Source of the DNA: Candidatus Tenderia electrophaga
GTDB taxonomy: Bacteria; Pseudomonadota; Gammaproteobacteria; Tenderiales; Tenderiaceae
Length of the DNA: 64,000 nt
NCBI GenBank assembly: GCA_001447805.1
Contig: CP013099.1
Location: 3,395,181 to 3,459,180, forward strand
Reading direction: 5' to 3'
Shown here: one piece after another, positions 11,528 through 20,948 of the stretch
How the letters are laid out: the number at the start of each line of letters is the position of its first letter
Position numbering within the stretch: the first letter of the stretch is position 1
Program-made: the position numbers and the translations under genes
The notes under the pieces: generated by a model
Databases searched by the model: none
What the model saw: only the letters and a program-made list of their open reading frames with translations
What the model was told of the DNA's origin: nothing

Positions 11528-12721
11528 ATGGGAACAGGTATGGCAGCATCCTCAAGTTTACCCGCCGGTGTCGGCGCCAGTGCCCCGGGCATGAGCAAAG
11601 ATCAGCACGCCCATAACCGCCTGCTTAAACAGCGCTTGGCGGATTTCATGGATGAGGCGCGTCATAACGAGCGTAAGTTGCGGCGTTTTCAATCCCTGGA
11701 ACTGAAGTTGATCGGCCTCAATTCCATCCTGGAATTGATCGAGGCCATCCTGCGCCCCGACCCCGGCGCGGTCAACTGGGACATGGTGAGCTTGTTGCTG
11801 TTCGACCCGGAATACGAATTGCAACGCATTCTGCAGGATGAGGGCGTCAAGCTCGAGGGCATGCCGGGTCTGATGTTCGTCGCCGGGATGGAGGAAGTGG
11901 AGCAACTCTATTCCGCCTCTCTGTTCCCCAGCCTGGGCGGCTATCGTTCCAGCAAGCACTCCAAGCTGTTTCGTCATGCCGGCAAAAAACCGGCCAGCGT
12001 CGCCCTGTTGCCGCTGGTGCGTTACGGCCGGCTGATCGGCAGTCTCAACATCGGCAGTCACGATGCGGACAAGTTTGTGCGCGGCGTGCGTACCGATTTT
12101 CTGGAACACTTCGCCGCGGTGGTGGCGATCTGCGTGGAAAACGGCGTCAACCTGGAGCGTCTCAAGCGCCAGGGTCTGACCGATACCCTGACCGCCATCA
12201 ACAACCGCCGTTTTTTCGATCAGCGCCTCAAGGAAGAGACCGAGGCCGCCGGCCGTTCCGGCAAGCCGCTGTCCTGCATGTTGCTGGACGTGGATCATTT
12301 CAAGCGCGTCAATGATACCTATGGCCATCAGGTGGGCGATCTGGTGCTGCGTGAGGTGGCCTCCATTATCCGCGCCCAGCTGCGCGGCAGCGATGTATTA
12401 TCGCGTTACGGTGGCGAGGAGTTCAGCGCCCTGCTGGCCAATACCGACACCGAGGAGGCGGAGGAGGTGGCCGAACGTATCCGTCGCTGCATCGAGGAGC
12501 GGGTCTTCAATCCGCCCGACTACGAGCCCTTTAACATCACCATCTCCATCGGCGTGAGCACGCTCAAGGCCGCCCCCGACACCAAGCTGGCCAAGGGGGT
12601 CGGCGACCATCTCATCGGCCAGGCCGACCGAGTATTGTACGATGCCAAGGCCGGCGGCCGCAATCAGGTGCAGTGCGCACCGGCCTCCTGCGCGCTGGGC
12701 GAGAGCCTCAGCCCCGCTTAA
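11528..12721 (+). CDS. Diguanylate cyclase with N-terminal DUF484/GAF-like domain
   Basis: EARHNE N-terminus; TDTLTAINNRR, DVDHFK, RGSD I-site, GGEEF. Confidence 0.92.
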   Translation: MGTGMAASSSLPAGVGASAPGMSKDQHAHNRLLKQRLADFMDEARHNERKLRRFQSLELKLIGLNSILELIEAILRPDPGAVNWDMVSLLLFDPEYELQRILQDEGVKLEGMPGLMFVAGMEEVEQLYSASLFPSLGGYRSSKHSKLFRHAGKKPASVALLPLVRYGRLIGSLNIGSHDADKFVRGVRTDFLEHFAAVVAICVENGVNLERLKRQGLTDTLTAINNRRFFDQRLKEETEAAGRSGKPLSCMLLDVDHFKRVNDTYGHQVGDLVLREVASIIRAQLRGSDVLSRYGGEEFSALLANTDTEEAEEVAERIRRCIEERVFNPPDYEPFNITISIGVSTLKAAPDTKLAKGVGDHLIGQADRVLYDAKAGGRNQVQCAPASCALGESLSPA

Positions 12722-13079
12722 CCGGGATATCCAGCGGCAATTGGGCGGGATCGGCGCCGCCGGCCTTGAGGGCTTGGCGCTGCGCACGATTCAGCTTCAC
12801 GCCGGTCAAGACGACGCCTGCGGCCTGCACCCCGTCCAGGCGGCAACCGCTCAGTTCCACATCGCTCAGATCGGCGCCGCGCAGATCGGCGCCGTCCAGA
12901 TTGGCCAGGCGCAGGTCCGCGCCGGCGAGCGTGCTGCCGCGCAGATCGGCGCCGCGCAAATCCATCTCCACCAGGTTGGCATTGCCCAGCTGGCGGCCGC
13001 TGAGATCGGCGCCCTGCAGGGTGGTGGCCTCGAGGGTGACGAGGCGGTCGAAGCCCTTGCGGTCGAATATCTCTATCAT
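12708..13079 (-). CDS. Pentapeptide repeat protein
   Basis: Tandem A(D/N)Lxx repeats (GADLS, GADLR, ANLDG); start overlaps the kinase stop. Confidence 0.85.
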   Translation of the reverse strand: MIEIFDRKGFDRLVTLEATTLQGADLSGRQLGNANLVEMDLRGADLRGSTLAGADLRLANLDGADLRGADLSDVELSGCRLDGVQAAGVVLTGVKLNRAQRQALKAGGADPAQLPLDIPVKRG

Positions 13080-13954
13080 TTCTGAGCGCCCTGGTTGATA
13101 AAATCCAGCCCCTGGTAACCGCACTTGCGACCGGCCAGACGGCAGGCCTGCGCCAAGGCCGTGCCCAAGTCCTGGCGTTGCAGCAGGGCGTCAATGAGGC
13201 CGGCGTTGAAGGTATCCCCCGCCCCCAGGGTATCCACCGGTCGCGGCGGTGCAAAGGCGGGGCTGTGGTGTTCCCCGTGGCGGTCCAGGGCCCAGGCGCC
13301 GGCCGCGCCCCAGGCGCACACCAGCGTGGCCGCGGGGTATCGGGGGTGCAGCGCGCGCAGCAGGGACAGGGCCTCGTCATGGCCGCGGCCGCGGGCGAAG
13401 GGACGTGAAAACAGCAGCACATCGGCGAGCGGGAACAGCGCGTCGATGCCGTCGCGCTCCTTTTCGATTTCCAACGAACGCGTCACGCCGGGGGCCTGCG
13501 CGGCGGCCCATGCCAGCATTTGCCGCGTCTCGGCCACATTGCGGCCCTCGAAGTGGAGCCAATGGAAACGGCCCAAGGCCAGTTTCTTGAACTCGGCGAA
13601 GGGGTACTCGGGCAGGTCGCGGTAGTGAATGATGGTGCGCGAGCCGTTCGCCAGGTTGTGGGTGATATAGGAGGTCGGCACCTTGCCTTGTGCCAGACGC
13701 AGCACGGCGCTGCGATCGATACGGTGTCTTTCCAGATCGGCCTCGATATGCCGGCCGTCGGGTTCCTCGACCATGACGCCGGCCCAGTGGCCGCGGTGCC
13801 CCAGCTGACTCAGCACGGTCAGGGTGTTGGTGGCGTTGCCGCCGCGACAGACGCGCTGATCGATGGCGCGTACCTCATCGTCCTCGGCCGGATAGGCGGC
13901 GACGCTGTTGATGATATCGAGGGTGGCGATGCCCACTGCCAGGATGTTCGCCAT
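13076..13954 (-). CDS. PfkB family carbohydrate kinase, ketohexokinase-like
   Basis: GGNATN, WLHFEGRN, LVCAWG, VDTLGAGDTFNAG. Confidence 0.9.
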   Translation of the reverse strand: MANILAVGIATLDIINSVAAYPAEDDEVRAIDQRVCRGGNATNTLTVLSQLGHRGHWAGVMVEEPDGRHIEADLERHRIDRSAVLRLAQGKVPTSYITHNLANGSRTIIHYRDLPEYPFAEFKKLALGRFHWLHFEGRNVAETRQMLAWAAAQAPGVTRSLEIEKERDGIDALFPLADVLLFSRPFARGRGHDEALSLLRALHPRYPAATLVCAWGAAGAWALDRHGEHHSPAFAPPRPVDTLGAGDTFNAGLIDALLQRQDLGTALAQACRLAGRKCGYQGLDFINQGAQK

Positions 13955-13960
13955 AAGCGC

Positions 13961-14260
13961 TCAGCTCTGGGGCGGGCGTTCGAGCCGGCATAGCGGCATG
14001 AAGTAGATGTTGATCAGGTCCAGCAGCACCCAGCAGATCGCCAAATAGAGCAGATAATGATAGCTGTGATTAAAATTGATCAGGCCCACCCACCACATCA
14101 GGTTCCAGACATAGAGCATGGTCATGATCAGCAGCGTCCAGGGAAACGCGGCGATGCGTCCGCCGCAGTTGGGACAGCTAACGGTCATCCACCAGCCGAG
14201 CTTGTATTTATCCTTCAGCGACACGCTCTGTGCGCGGCAGTGGGGGCATTTGAAGGCCAT
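13961..14260 (-). CDS. Hypothetical membrane protein with N-terminal Zn-ribbon
   Basis: CPHC and CPNC followed by two hydrophobic helices. Confidence 0.65.
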   Translation of the reverse strand: MAFKCPHCRAQSVSLKDKYKLGWWMTVSCPNCGGRIAAFPWTLLIMTMLYVWNLMWWVGLINFNHSYHYLLYLAICWVLLDLINIYFMPLCRLERPPQS

Positions 14261-14356
14261 GGGGGACTCCTGAAAAAGCGTGACCGGATTATAGCATTAG
14301 TGTCGCGGCGCCTCAGGGGTTAGAATACCCGGTTTGTAATCAACCCGGGAAATGGC

Positions 14357-14914
14357 ATGAGAGGTTTTTACAAGACGATGGCGTTGCTGGCCGTGTGCGG
14401 CGGCTTGCTGGCCTGCGACAACAACACCCCTTTGATGGACAAGGTGGTGGATGAAGATACCGCCGCGGTCGAGTCCATGCTGGCCCAGGGCAATGACATT
14501 CATGCGCGCAACAGCTACGGCTGGACCGCGCTGATGCATGCCGCCCGCCAAGGCCACGCGGAGCTGGTCAAATTGTTGCTCGCCAACGGCGCCAAGGTGG
14601 ATGCCGAAGATGGCAGCGGCTGGACACCCATGATGCGCGCGGCCATGAAGGGCCACGCCGACGTGGTGAAGCTGTTGCTGGCCGAGGGTGCCAATGTCCA
14701 TCATGCCGACCCGTCCGGTTGGACCGCCCTGCACTGGGCGGCGCAGCGCGATCACGAAGCGGTGGTCCGGGTGCTGGTGGAGGCCGGCGGCGATCTCAAT
14801 GCCGAGACCGAAGACGGTTGGACGCCGCGTATGGTGGCGCAGAAGGAGGGCCACAATGAATTGGCCAATCTCATCAGCCGCTTCATGCGGCAGCAGGAGG
14901 GACAGCCGCGGTGA
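14357..14914 (+). CDS. Ankyrin-repeat lipoprotein
   Basis: Lipobox LLAC; four GWT(A/P)xxxA ankyrin repeats. Confidence 0.9.
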   Translation: MRGFYKTMALLAVCGGLLACDNNTPLMDKVVDEDTAAVESMLAQGNDIHARNSYGWTALMHAARQGHAELVKLLLANGAKVDAEDGSGWTPMMRAAMKGHADVVKLLLAEGANVHHADPSGWTALHWAAQRDHEAVVRVLVEAGGDLNAETEDGWTPRMVAQKEGHNELANLISRFMRQQEGQPR

Positions 14915-15342
14915 ATGTTATGAAACGGATGCGCGCCGCCGTCGCGCTGGCGGCGTTAATGTGGCTGTCGGCGTGCAGCAATGAACCGGCCGAATTGAGC
15001 GCCGCGCCGCTGGGGCAGCGGCCGGTGCTGGAATCCTTGGCCGAGGCCTATACCGCGGTCTCCAGCGAAAACCTGTCCACCAGTCCCAAGAGCCTGCCCG
15101 GCGAAGAGCGCAAGCGCTTCGTCGAGAGGGTATTCGAGCGTGCCGGCTACAGTTACAGCAAGACCCTGCATCAGATGGCCGGCGCGGCCTTCGATCCCGC
15201 CAACCAGCTGCACGTGGACATGGCCGAGTTGGTGCTCATGCCGCACCGCAATCCGCGCTTTGCACTGGAGCTGACCGATGTCTATTCGAGCCAGGAACTG
15301 CAGGACGTGGCGGTGGTGGAGCGCCAACTCAACCGGCGCTAA
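14911..15342 (+). CDS. Hypothetical lipoprotein
   Basis: Lipobox LSAC; GTGA overlap with the ankyrin gene. Confidence 0.7.
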   Translation: MNVMKRMRAAVALAALMWLSACSNEPAELSAAPLGQRPVLESLAEAYTAVSSENLSTSPKSLPGEERKRFVERVFERAGYSYSKTLHQMAGAAFDPANQLHVDMAELVLMPHRNPRFALELTDVYSSQELQDVAVVERQLNRR

Positions 15343-15365
15343 GCGCGCCCGTCCTTCTCGCCGGG

Positions 15366-15773
15366 CTATTCCGCGATGTGCATCACGAGTGAACGTCGTC
15401 CACCGTGGCGGCGGTGTTCCCACAGATAAACGCCCTGCCAGGTGCCCAGCGCCAGGCGCCCCTGATCGATGGGGATGCCCAGGCTGGTGGCGGTGAGCGC
15501 GGCCTTGATGTGGGCCGGCATGTCGTCCGGGCCCTCGGTGGTGTGGGTGTAGAGCGGATCGTCCTCCTTGACCAGGCGGTTGAGCCAGTTCTCCAGATCG
15601 TGGCGCGCCGAGGGGTCGGCGTTTTCCTGGATGATGAGACTGGCCGAAGTGTGCTGCACGAACAGGGTGCACAGCCCCTGGCGCACGCCGCTATCGCGCA
15701 CTACGGGCTCGATTGCGTCAGTGATCATGAACAGGCCTTGGCGCGGGGCATTGATCTCGAGGCTGCGGATCAT
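15366..15773 (-). CDS. yjbQ: YjbQ/UPF0047 family protein
   Basis: HTSASLIIQENADP, HTTEGPDDMPAHIK, LGTWQGVYLWEHR. Confidence 0.93.
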   Translation of the reverse strand: MIRSLEINAPRQGLFMITDAIEPVVRDSGVRQGLCTLFVQHTSASLIIQENADPSARHDLENWLNRLVKEDDPLYTHTTEGPDDMPAHIKAALTATSLGIPIDQGRLALGTWQGVYLWEHRRHGGRRSLVMHIAE

Positions 15774-16099
15774 TCGCCCACCCAGTCATAGGCCCGTACC
15801 ACACCCCGATCGTCGAACTGCACTTCCAGGGTCTTCATGCGCGCATTGCCCATGTCGCCGAGCTTGCCCTTGCCGTAGTAGTACACCCAGCGCTGCAGCT
15901 GTTCGCCGTCGCGATTCACCACCACGCCGGTACTCTGCGGTGCGCCCAGCCATTGCTTGACCTGATTCTGGGTGGTGACGCCGTGTTCCACCTTGGCGGC
16001 GAACTGGGTGAGCTTGAAGTCGTTGCCGAATTGAAAGCTGGCGCAGCCGCCCAGCAGCATCAGGCCGCAGGCGGTGCTTAGGAGTTTAGTGCTTGGCAT
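15770..16099 (-). CDS. SmpA/OmlA (BamE-like) domain lipoprotein
   Basis: Lipobox LGGC; G.TT..QV..WLGAP..WVYYY..LEVQFD..GVV. Confidence 0.75.
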   Translation of the reverse strand: MPSTKLLSTACGLMLLGGCASFQFGNDFKLTQFAAKVEHGVTTQNQVKQWLGAPQSTGVVVNRDGEQLQRWVYYYGKGKLGDMGNARMKTLEVQFDDRGVVRAYDWVGE

Positions 16100-16170
16100 A
16101 ATGAAATCCCGGTTGGTAGGCATTGTCCAAATTCTATACCATGAACGGATTTTCGACAGAGGGACGTGGC

Positions 16171-17124
16171 ATGGCGCAGCGGATCATCGGCGCGACGGGC
16201 GTATTATGGGCAGTTCTGGCAGGCGAGGTGCTCCTGGCGGCCGAGCCACCGCAGGACATGGTGCGGATCCCGGGCGGCCCATTCATCATGGGCAGCGAGC
16301 CGCGCGACGACGACGGCAAGGCCCAGGAGTACGGCTCCAACAAGCCCTGGTACCTGGATGAAGCCCCCCAGCACCGGCGCACGGTCGACGCCTTCTGGCT
16401 CGACCAATACGAGGTCACCAACGACCAGTACCGCGATTTCGTCGTCGCCAATAATTACTTCGTCCCCAACGGCTGGAAGGAGAATGGTTATTTATTGTCG
16501 CGTGACATCCTGGGCTTCGCCGACCTGCCCACCCTGCGCAAATTGGCGGCGGACACCTTTCGCCTGGATATGGACACGACCCAGATGGGATACGATGAGT
16601 TATTGGACGCCATCGTCGCCCATCAGGCCCAATTCGATGATCTGCCGGTGACCGGCGTGACCTGGTTGCAGGCGCGCGATTACTGCCGTGCCCAGGGCAA
16701 GCGCCTGCCCAGCGAGGCGGAGTGGGAGAAGGCCGCGCGCGGCAGTGACGGGCGTGAATATCCCTGGGGCGACGACTGGGACGAGACGCGCCTCAATATC
16801 GGCGCCGGCGACGGTTGGCAGTACGGCGTGGCGCCGGTGGGTTCCTACCCCGAGGGTGTCTCACCCTACGGTGTCCACGACATGGCCGGCAACGTGATGG
16901 AGTGGACCGCCGACTGGTACCAGCCCTATCCCGGCGCCGAGTATGAAAGCGAGGACTTCGGCGAGAAGATGCGCGTGGTGCGCGGCGGTGGCTGGGGCGG
17001 CTTGGGGCATTACGTCATTAACCATTTTTACCGCAGCGCCTATCGCTTCAACCTGCGGCCCACCTATACCTTTGTCGATCTGGGGTTTCGCTGCGCCCGT
17101 GATGCGCAGCCGCCGGCTGAATAG
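16171..17124 (+). CDS. FGE-sulfatase (SUMF1/PvdO/NirV-like) domain protein, exported
   Basis: Signal peptide; IPGGPFIMGS, YEVTN, RLPSEAEWEKAARG, DMAGNVMEW, RGG.W, GFRCA. Confidence 0.88.
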   Translation: MAQRIIGATGVLWAVLAGEVLLAAEPPQDMVRIPGGPFIMGSEPRDDDGKAQEYGSNKPWYLDEAPQHRRTVDAFWLDQYEVTNDQYRDFVVANNYFVPNGWKENGYLLSRDILGFADLPTLRKLAADTFRLDMDTTQMGYDELLDAIVAHQAQFDDLPVTGVTWLQARDYCRAQGKRLPSEAEWEKAARGSDGREYPWGDDWDETRLNIGAGDGWQYGVAPVGSYPEGVSPYGVHDMAGNVMEWTADWYQPYPGAEYESEDFGEKMRVVRGGGWGGLGHYVINHFYRSAYRFNLRPTYTFVDLGFRCARDAQPPAE

Positions 17125-17193
17125 CCACGCCCCACTAAACTTGGCAGAATGGGCCGTCGATATAGTCAACGTATTACTTAGAGGGTTGCAGTA

Positions 17194-18366
17194 ATGAAAG
17201 GAATGGAACGTCGCTTGGCGGAACTCAAGTCCGTCATTCCGGAGGTCGAGCCGAGCGAGGCCGATAGCCTGCTCAAGCAGGGCGCCCTGCTGGTGGATGT
17301 GCGCGAGGCGGACGAGATCGCCAACGGCTCCCCTAACGCTGCGCTGCGCATGGGGCGCGGTTATCTGGAGCTGCGTATCGAGGAGCGCGTGCCCGACAAG
17401 GACAAGACCCTGGTGGTGATGTGCGCCGGCGGGGTGCGCTCCCTGTTCGCCGCCGAGGCCCTGCAACAGCTGGGCTACAGCGATGTACGCTCCCTGGCCG
17501 GCGGCTTCAATCGCTGGAAGAATCAGGGCTTGGATTTCGAGATTCCGCGCGCCCTCTCGGCCGAGGCTAAGGAACGCTATTCGCGACATTTATTGTTGCC
17601 CGAGGTGGGCGAGGCCGGCCAGCTCAAGCTGCTCGATAGCAAGGTGCTGTTGATCGGCGCCGGCGGCCTGGGTTCGCCGGCGGCCTATTATCTGGCCGCG
17701 GCCGGGGTGGGCACCCTGGGGCTGGTGGACCATGACGTGGTGGACCGCAGCAATCTGCAGCGCCAGATCATCCACACCGAGGCGCGCGTCGGCACCCCCA
17801 AGGTGGCCTCGGCGCGCGAGGCCATCGAACAGCTCAATCCGGACGTCAAGGTGGTGGGCTACGAGACCCATCTGGACAGCGGCAACGTGGAGGAGATCTT
17901 CTCCGCCTATGACGTCATTGTCGACGGCACCGACAACCTGCCCACCCGCTATCTGGTCAACGACGCCTGCGTCAAGTTGGGCAAGCCCAACGTCCATGCC
18001 GCGGTGTACCGCTTCGAGGGCCAGCTCACCGTATTCTGGCCCGGCCATCCCGACAACCCCAGCGGCTGTTACCGCTGCATGTTCCCCAATCCGCCCGCAC
18101 CGGGCTCCGCGCCCTCCTGCTCCGAGATCGGCGTGCTCGGCATCCTGCCCGGCGTGATGGGCCTGCTGCAGGCCACCGAAGTGCTCAAGATCCTGCTCGA
18201 CATGGGCCAGCCGCTGCTGGGCCGGATGCTCTACTACGACGCCCTGCGCAGCAGCTTCTCCGAGTTCAAGCTCAAAAAAAACCCCGCCTGCCGCTATTGC
18301 GGTGAGCAGGGGGATTTCCCCGGTTACGAGGATTACGCCCAGGTCTGCGCCGCACCGGATCGATAG
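17194..18366 (+). CDS. moeB: Rhodanese-fused MoeB/ThiF adenylyltransferase (MoeZ-like)
   Basis: N-terminal rhodanese CAGGVRS; RYSRH, GAGGLG, SNLQRQ, CYRC and CRYC. Confidence 0.92.
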   Translation: MKGMERRLAELKSVIPEVEPSEADSLLKQGALLVDVREADEIANGSPNAALRMGRGYLELRIEERVPDKDKTLVVMCAGGVRSLFAAEALQQLGYSDVRSLAGGFNRWKNQGLDFEIPRALSAEAKERYSRHLLLPEVGEAGQLKLLDSKVLLIGAGGLGSPAAYYLAAAGVGTLGLVDHDVVDRSNLQRQIIHTEARVGTPKVASAREAIEQLNPDVKVVGYETHLDSGNVEEIFSAYDVIVDGTDNLPTRYLVNDACVKLGKPNVHAAVYRFEGQLTVFWPGHPDNPSGCYRCMFPNPPAPGSAPSCSEIGVLGILPGVMGLLQATEVLKILLDMGQPLLGRMLYYDALRSSFSEFKLKKNPACRYCGEQGDFPGYEDYAQVCAAPDR

Positions 18367-18767
18367 TCACAATGCGTCGGCCATGATGTGCGTCACGGCC
18401 GGCCGCTCCCCGCCTCGCAAAAATTTTCCGGCTGCTCTCAAGGGCGTCTCTCAATCGTTCTGAGTGCCGCAGATTGGGCGCTCACATTGCACCTAATGCA
18501 GGTGCGAAGATTTGCACCGCCAAGAGCGCGCATATAAACGTTCAAGATACGTGCTCACGACTATTCGGAGCTGTCCTAAAGTTCCCATCCTTGCGGTCGA
18601 AGCATCTGTTGGGGGTAATAAAAAACAAACACTTGTCGTCACCATTTCATCTGATAGCCTTATAATGGTCTGCAAGTAGTATGATTGACGGGTGGCGCTG
18701 GTCACGGATGGTCCAGCACCTATAATCTAGAGAGATGTTGCGCCTCATGGGAGCGAGAACAGCCAAC

Positions 18768-20156
18768 ATGGCCATAGCGAAAACCATAAAGCAGTACCTA
18801 GACGGCAAACACATCATCTATACAATCTTGGAAGTGCCGCATTTCGAGTCCCCCCGTGAGGCGGCCAGCTTGGCGAATATTCCACCGCGGTCACTCTATT
18901 ATCCGGTGGTGATGCGTGATACCTACGGCCTGATGATGGCGGTGATGCCGGCCTCGCACAAGCTCAATTACGAGCGCTTGTCCAAGCTGCTGCATCGCAA
19001 TGTCAGTCCTGCCTACCAGACCCAGTTGTCATCCGTGTTCGCCGATTGTCAGCCCGGCAATATCCCGCCGGTGGGGGTGGCCTACGGGCTGCGCACGGTG
19101 ATCGATGCCGCCCTCTCCACACCGGAAGAGGTGTATATCGTCGCCGGTGACCACAGTCGGCTGATCAAGATGTCGCGCAAGAATTTCATGCTGCTGCAGA
19201 CCAACGCCCTGCTCGCCAGCGACTTTGCCGAAGCGCTGGAGGAGGCCGAGACGCAGGGCGGTGGGGAGGTTGCCAATCTGGCCTGGAGTCAGGACCTGGG
19301 CGCCAAGATTCGCCAACGTGTGGAGCAGGCCACCGAACTGCCGCCCATGCCCGAAATGGCGCTGCGTATCTTCGAAATGCGCGCCGACCCCAACGTGGAG
19401 GTCAAGCACCTGACCGCCCTGATCGAACGCGACCCGAGCCTGGCGGCCCAGGTGATGCGTTATGCCAATTCACCCTATTTCGGTTATCAGGGGCGGGTGG
19501 ATACTATCCAGGTGGCCATCGCCCGCGTGCTGGGCTTCGATATGGTCATGAATCTGGCCCTGGGGCTGGCGCTGGCCACGCCCTTCAAGATTCCGCGTCA
19601 CGGACCTTTCGGGCTGGATTATTACTGGCGCCATGCCGTGTACAGCGCCACCCTGATGCAGTTGTTGAGCAAGGAAATTCCCCAGGAGCGCCGCCCGCGG
19701 CCGGGCACCTGTTACCTGATCGGGCTGTTGCACGACTTCGGTTATCTGGTGCTGGGGCATTTGTTTCGCAACGAATTCGAGGGCTTGACCAAGCTGGTCG
19801 AGGAGCAGGGACGCGACCGCCTGAGTCGTTTGGAAAAGGATTATCTGGGCGTCACCCACGGCGAGCTGGGCTATTGGCTGATGAAAGCCTGGGGCATGCC
19901 GCAGGAATTGGTGCTGGCCACCCGCGAACACCATAATGAGCAGTATGCCGGTCCCTATTCGGTGTATGTCAACATGGCGCAATTGAGCGATCATCTACTG
20001 GCGGCCTATGAGGCCGGCGAGGTGTTGGATGACCGCCTGCCCGCGCATCTGTTGCAGGCCTTGGGGCTGGAGCCCAAGCAGGTGATTCACGTCATGACCC
20101 AGCTCATCGAGAGCGACACCAATCTCAACGAAATGGTGCGTCGCTTGGCGGCCTGA
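18768..20156 (+). CDS. YbaK/aminoacyl-tRNA editing-like domain fused to HDOD
   Basis: N-terminal DC.PG.IPPVG..YG; HDOD LPPMP, DPSLAAQVMRYANS, GLLHDFG, H.ELG. Confidence 0.85.
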   Translation: MAIAKTIKQYLDGKHIIYTILEVPHFESPREAASLANIPPRSLYYPVVMRDTYGLMMAVMPASHKLNYERLSKLLHRNVSPAYQTQLSSVFADCQPGNIPPVGVAYGLRTVIDAALSTPEEVYIVAGDHSRLIKMSRKNFMLLQTNALLASDFAEALEEAETQGGGEVANLAWSQDLGAKIRQRVEQATELPPMPEMALRIFEMRADPNVEVKHLTALIERDPSLAAQVMRYANSPYFGYQGRVDTIQVAIARVLGFDMVMNLALGLALATPFKIPRHGPFGLDYYWRHAVYSATLMQLLSKEIPQERRPRPGTCYLIGLLHDFGYLVLGHLFRNEFEGLTKLVEEQGRDRLSRLEKDYLGVTHGELGYWLMKAWGMPQELVLATREHHNEQYAGPYSVYVNMAQLSDHLLAAYEAGEVLDDRLPAHLLQALGLEPKQVIHVMTQLIESDTNLNEMVRRLAA

Positions 20157-20798
20157 TTAGCGCGGTCGGGCCTGGCGTGCCAGGCGCTCCGTCACGGCCC
20201 GGCGCAGCTCCACCAAGCGGCCGTGAAAAAAGTGGCCGGCCGCTTCGAAATAGACCGTTTGCGGTGGTGTCTCCAGCTTATCGATCCAGGCCCGCACTTC
20301 TTCGAAGGGCACGATCTCGTCCGCCGTGCCCTGCAGCAACAGCCATGGGCAGGCGGGCGGCGCGAGTCCCTGAAAACGCAACAGATGGACCGCCGGCGCG
20401 ACGGTGATCAGCTGGTCTACGGGACGCTGAGAGCTGGCGCGCATGGCCACATAGGCGCCGAACGAAAAACCGGCCAGCCACACTGTCGGCGGCTGAGCGG
20501 TCTCGTCCAACCAATCTATCACCGCCAGCAGGTCATCGGTTTCGCCCTCGCCCTCGGCATAACTGCCGCCGCTCTTGCCCACGCCGCGATAGTTGAAGCG
20601 CAGCGTCGCCAGGCCCAGTTCGTGACCGGCGCGGCTGAGGGTATGGACCACTTTATTATTCATGGTGCCGCCGTGCTGGGGATGGGGGTGACAGACCACC
20701 AAGACGCCGTTGTCGAGGTGGTCGAAATTCTCCGCCAGCGCCTCCAGGGCGCCGGCGGGACCGTCGATGAACAGGGGGTTGGCGGCATGGGCGGACAT
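20157..20798 (-). CDS. Alpha/beta hydrolase
   Basis: CHPHPQHGGTMNNKVV, RFNYRGVG, GFSFG, QGTADEIV, GHFFHG. Confidence 0.92.
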   Translation of the reverse strand: MSAHAANPLFIDGPAGALEALAENFDHLDNGVLVVCHPHPQHGGTMNNKVVHTLSRAGHELGLATLRFNYRGVGKSGGSYAEGEGETDDLLAVIDWLDETAQPPTVWLAGFSFGAYVAMRASSQRPVDQLITVAPAVHLLRFQGLAPPACPWLLLQGTADEIVPFEEVRAWIDKLETPPQTVYFEAAGHFFHGRLVELRRAVTERLARQARPR

Positions 20799-20948
20799 GG
20801 TACGGTGCGATCCTGATGCTTTGGCAGGTCCCGCATTTTACCAGTTCCCGCTGACCAAGCCCCTGTTTTTAAAGCGGGCATGGATAATGTGTCGGTCGTT
20901 ACCGGTCGATATACCCATATGGCCGGGCCAATGACTAAGGTAATTCCT

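Noticed and set aside
12800..13020. GCAGATCGGCGCC DNA repeats
   Set aside because: Explained by pentapeptide-repeat codons (GADL)
17136..17163. Sigma-28-like TAAAC...GTCGATAT upstream of moeB
   Set aside because: The spacer is one base too long and the gene context is not motility related; insufficient support
18488..18530. NtrC-like TGCAC...GTGC sites
   Set aside because: Half-site spacing does not match the 17-bp NtrC consensus, and I saw no sigma-54 promoter nearby
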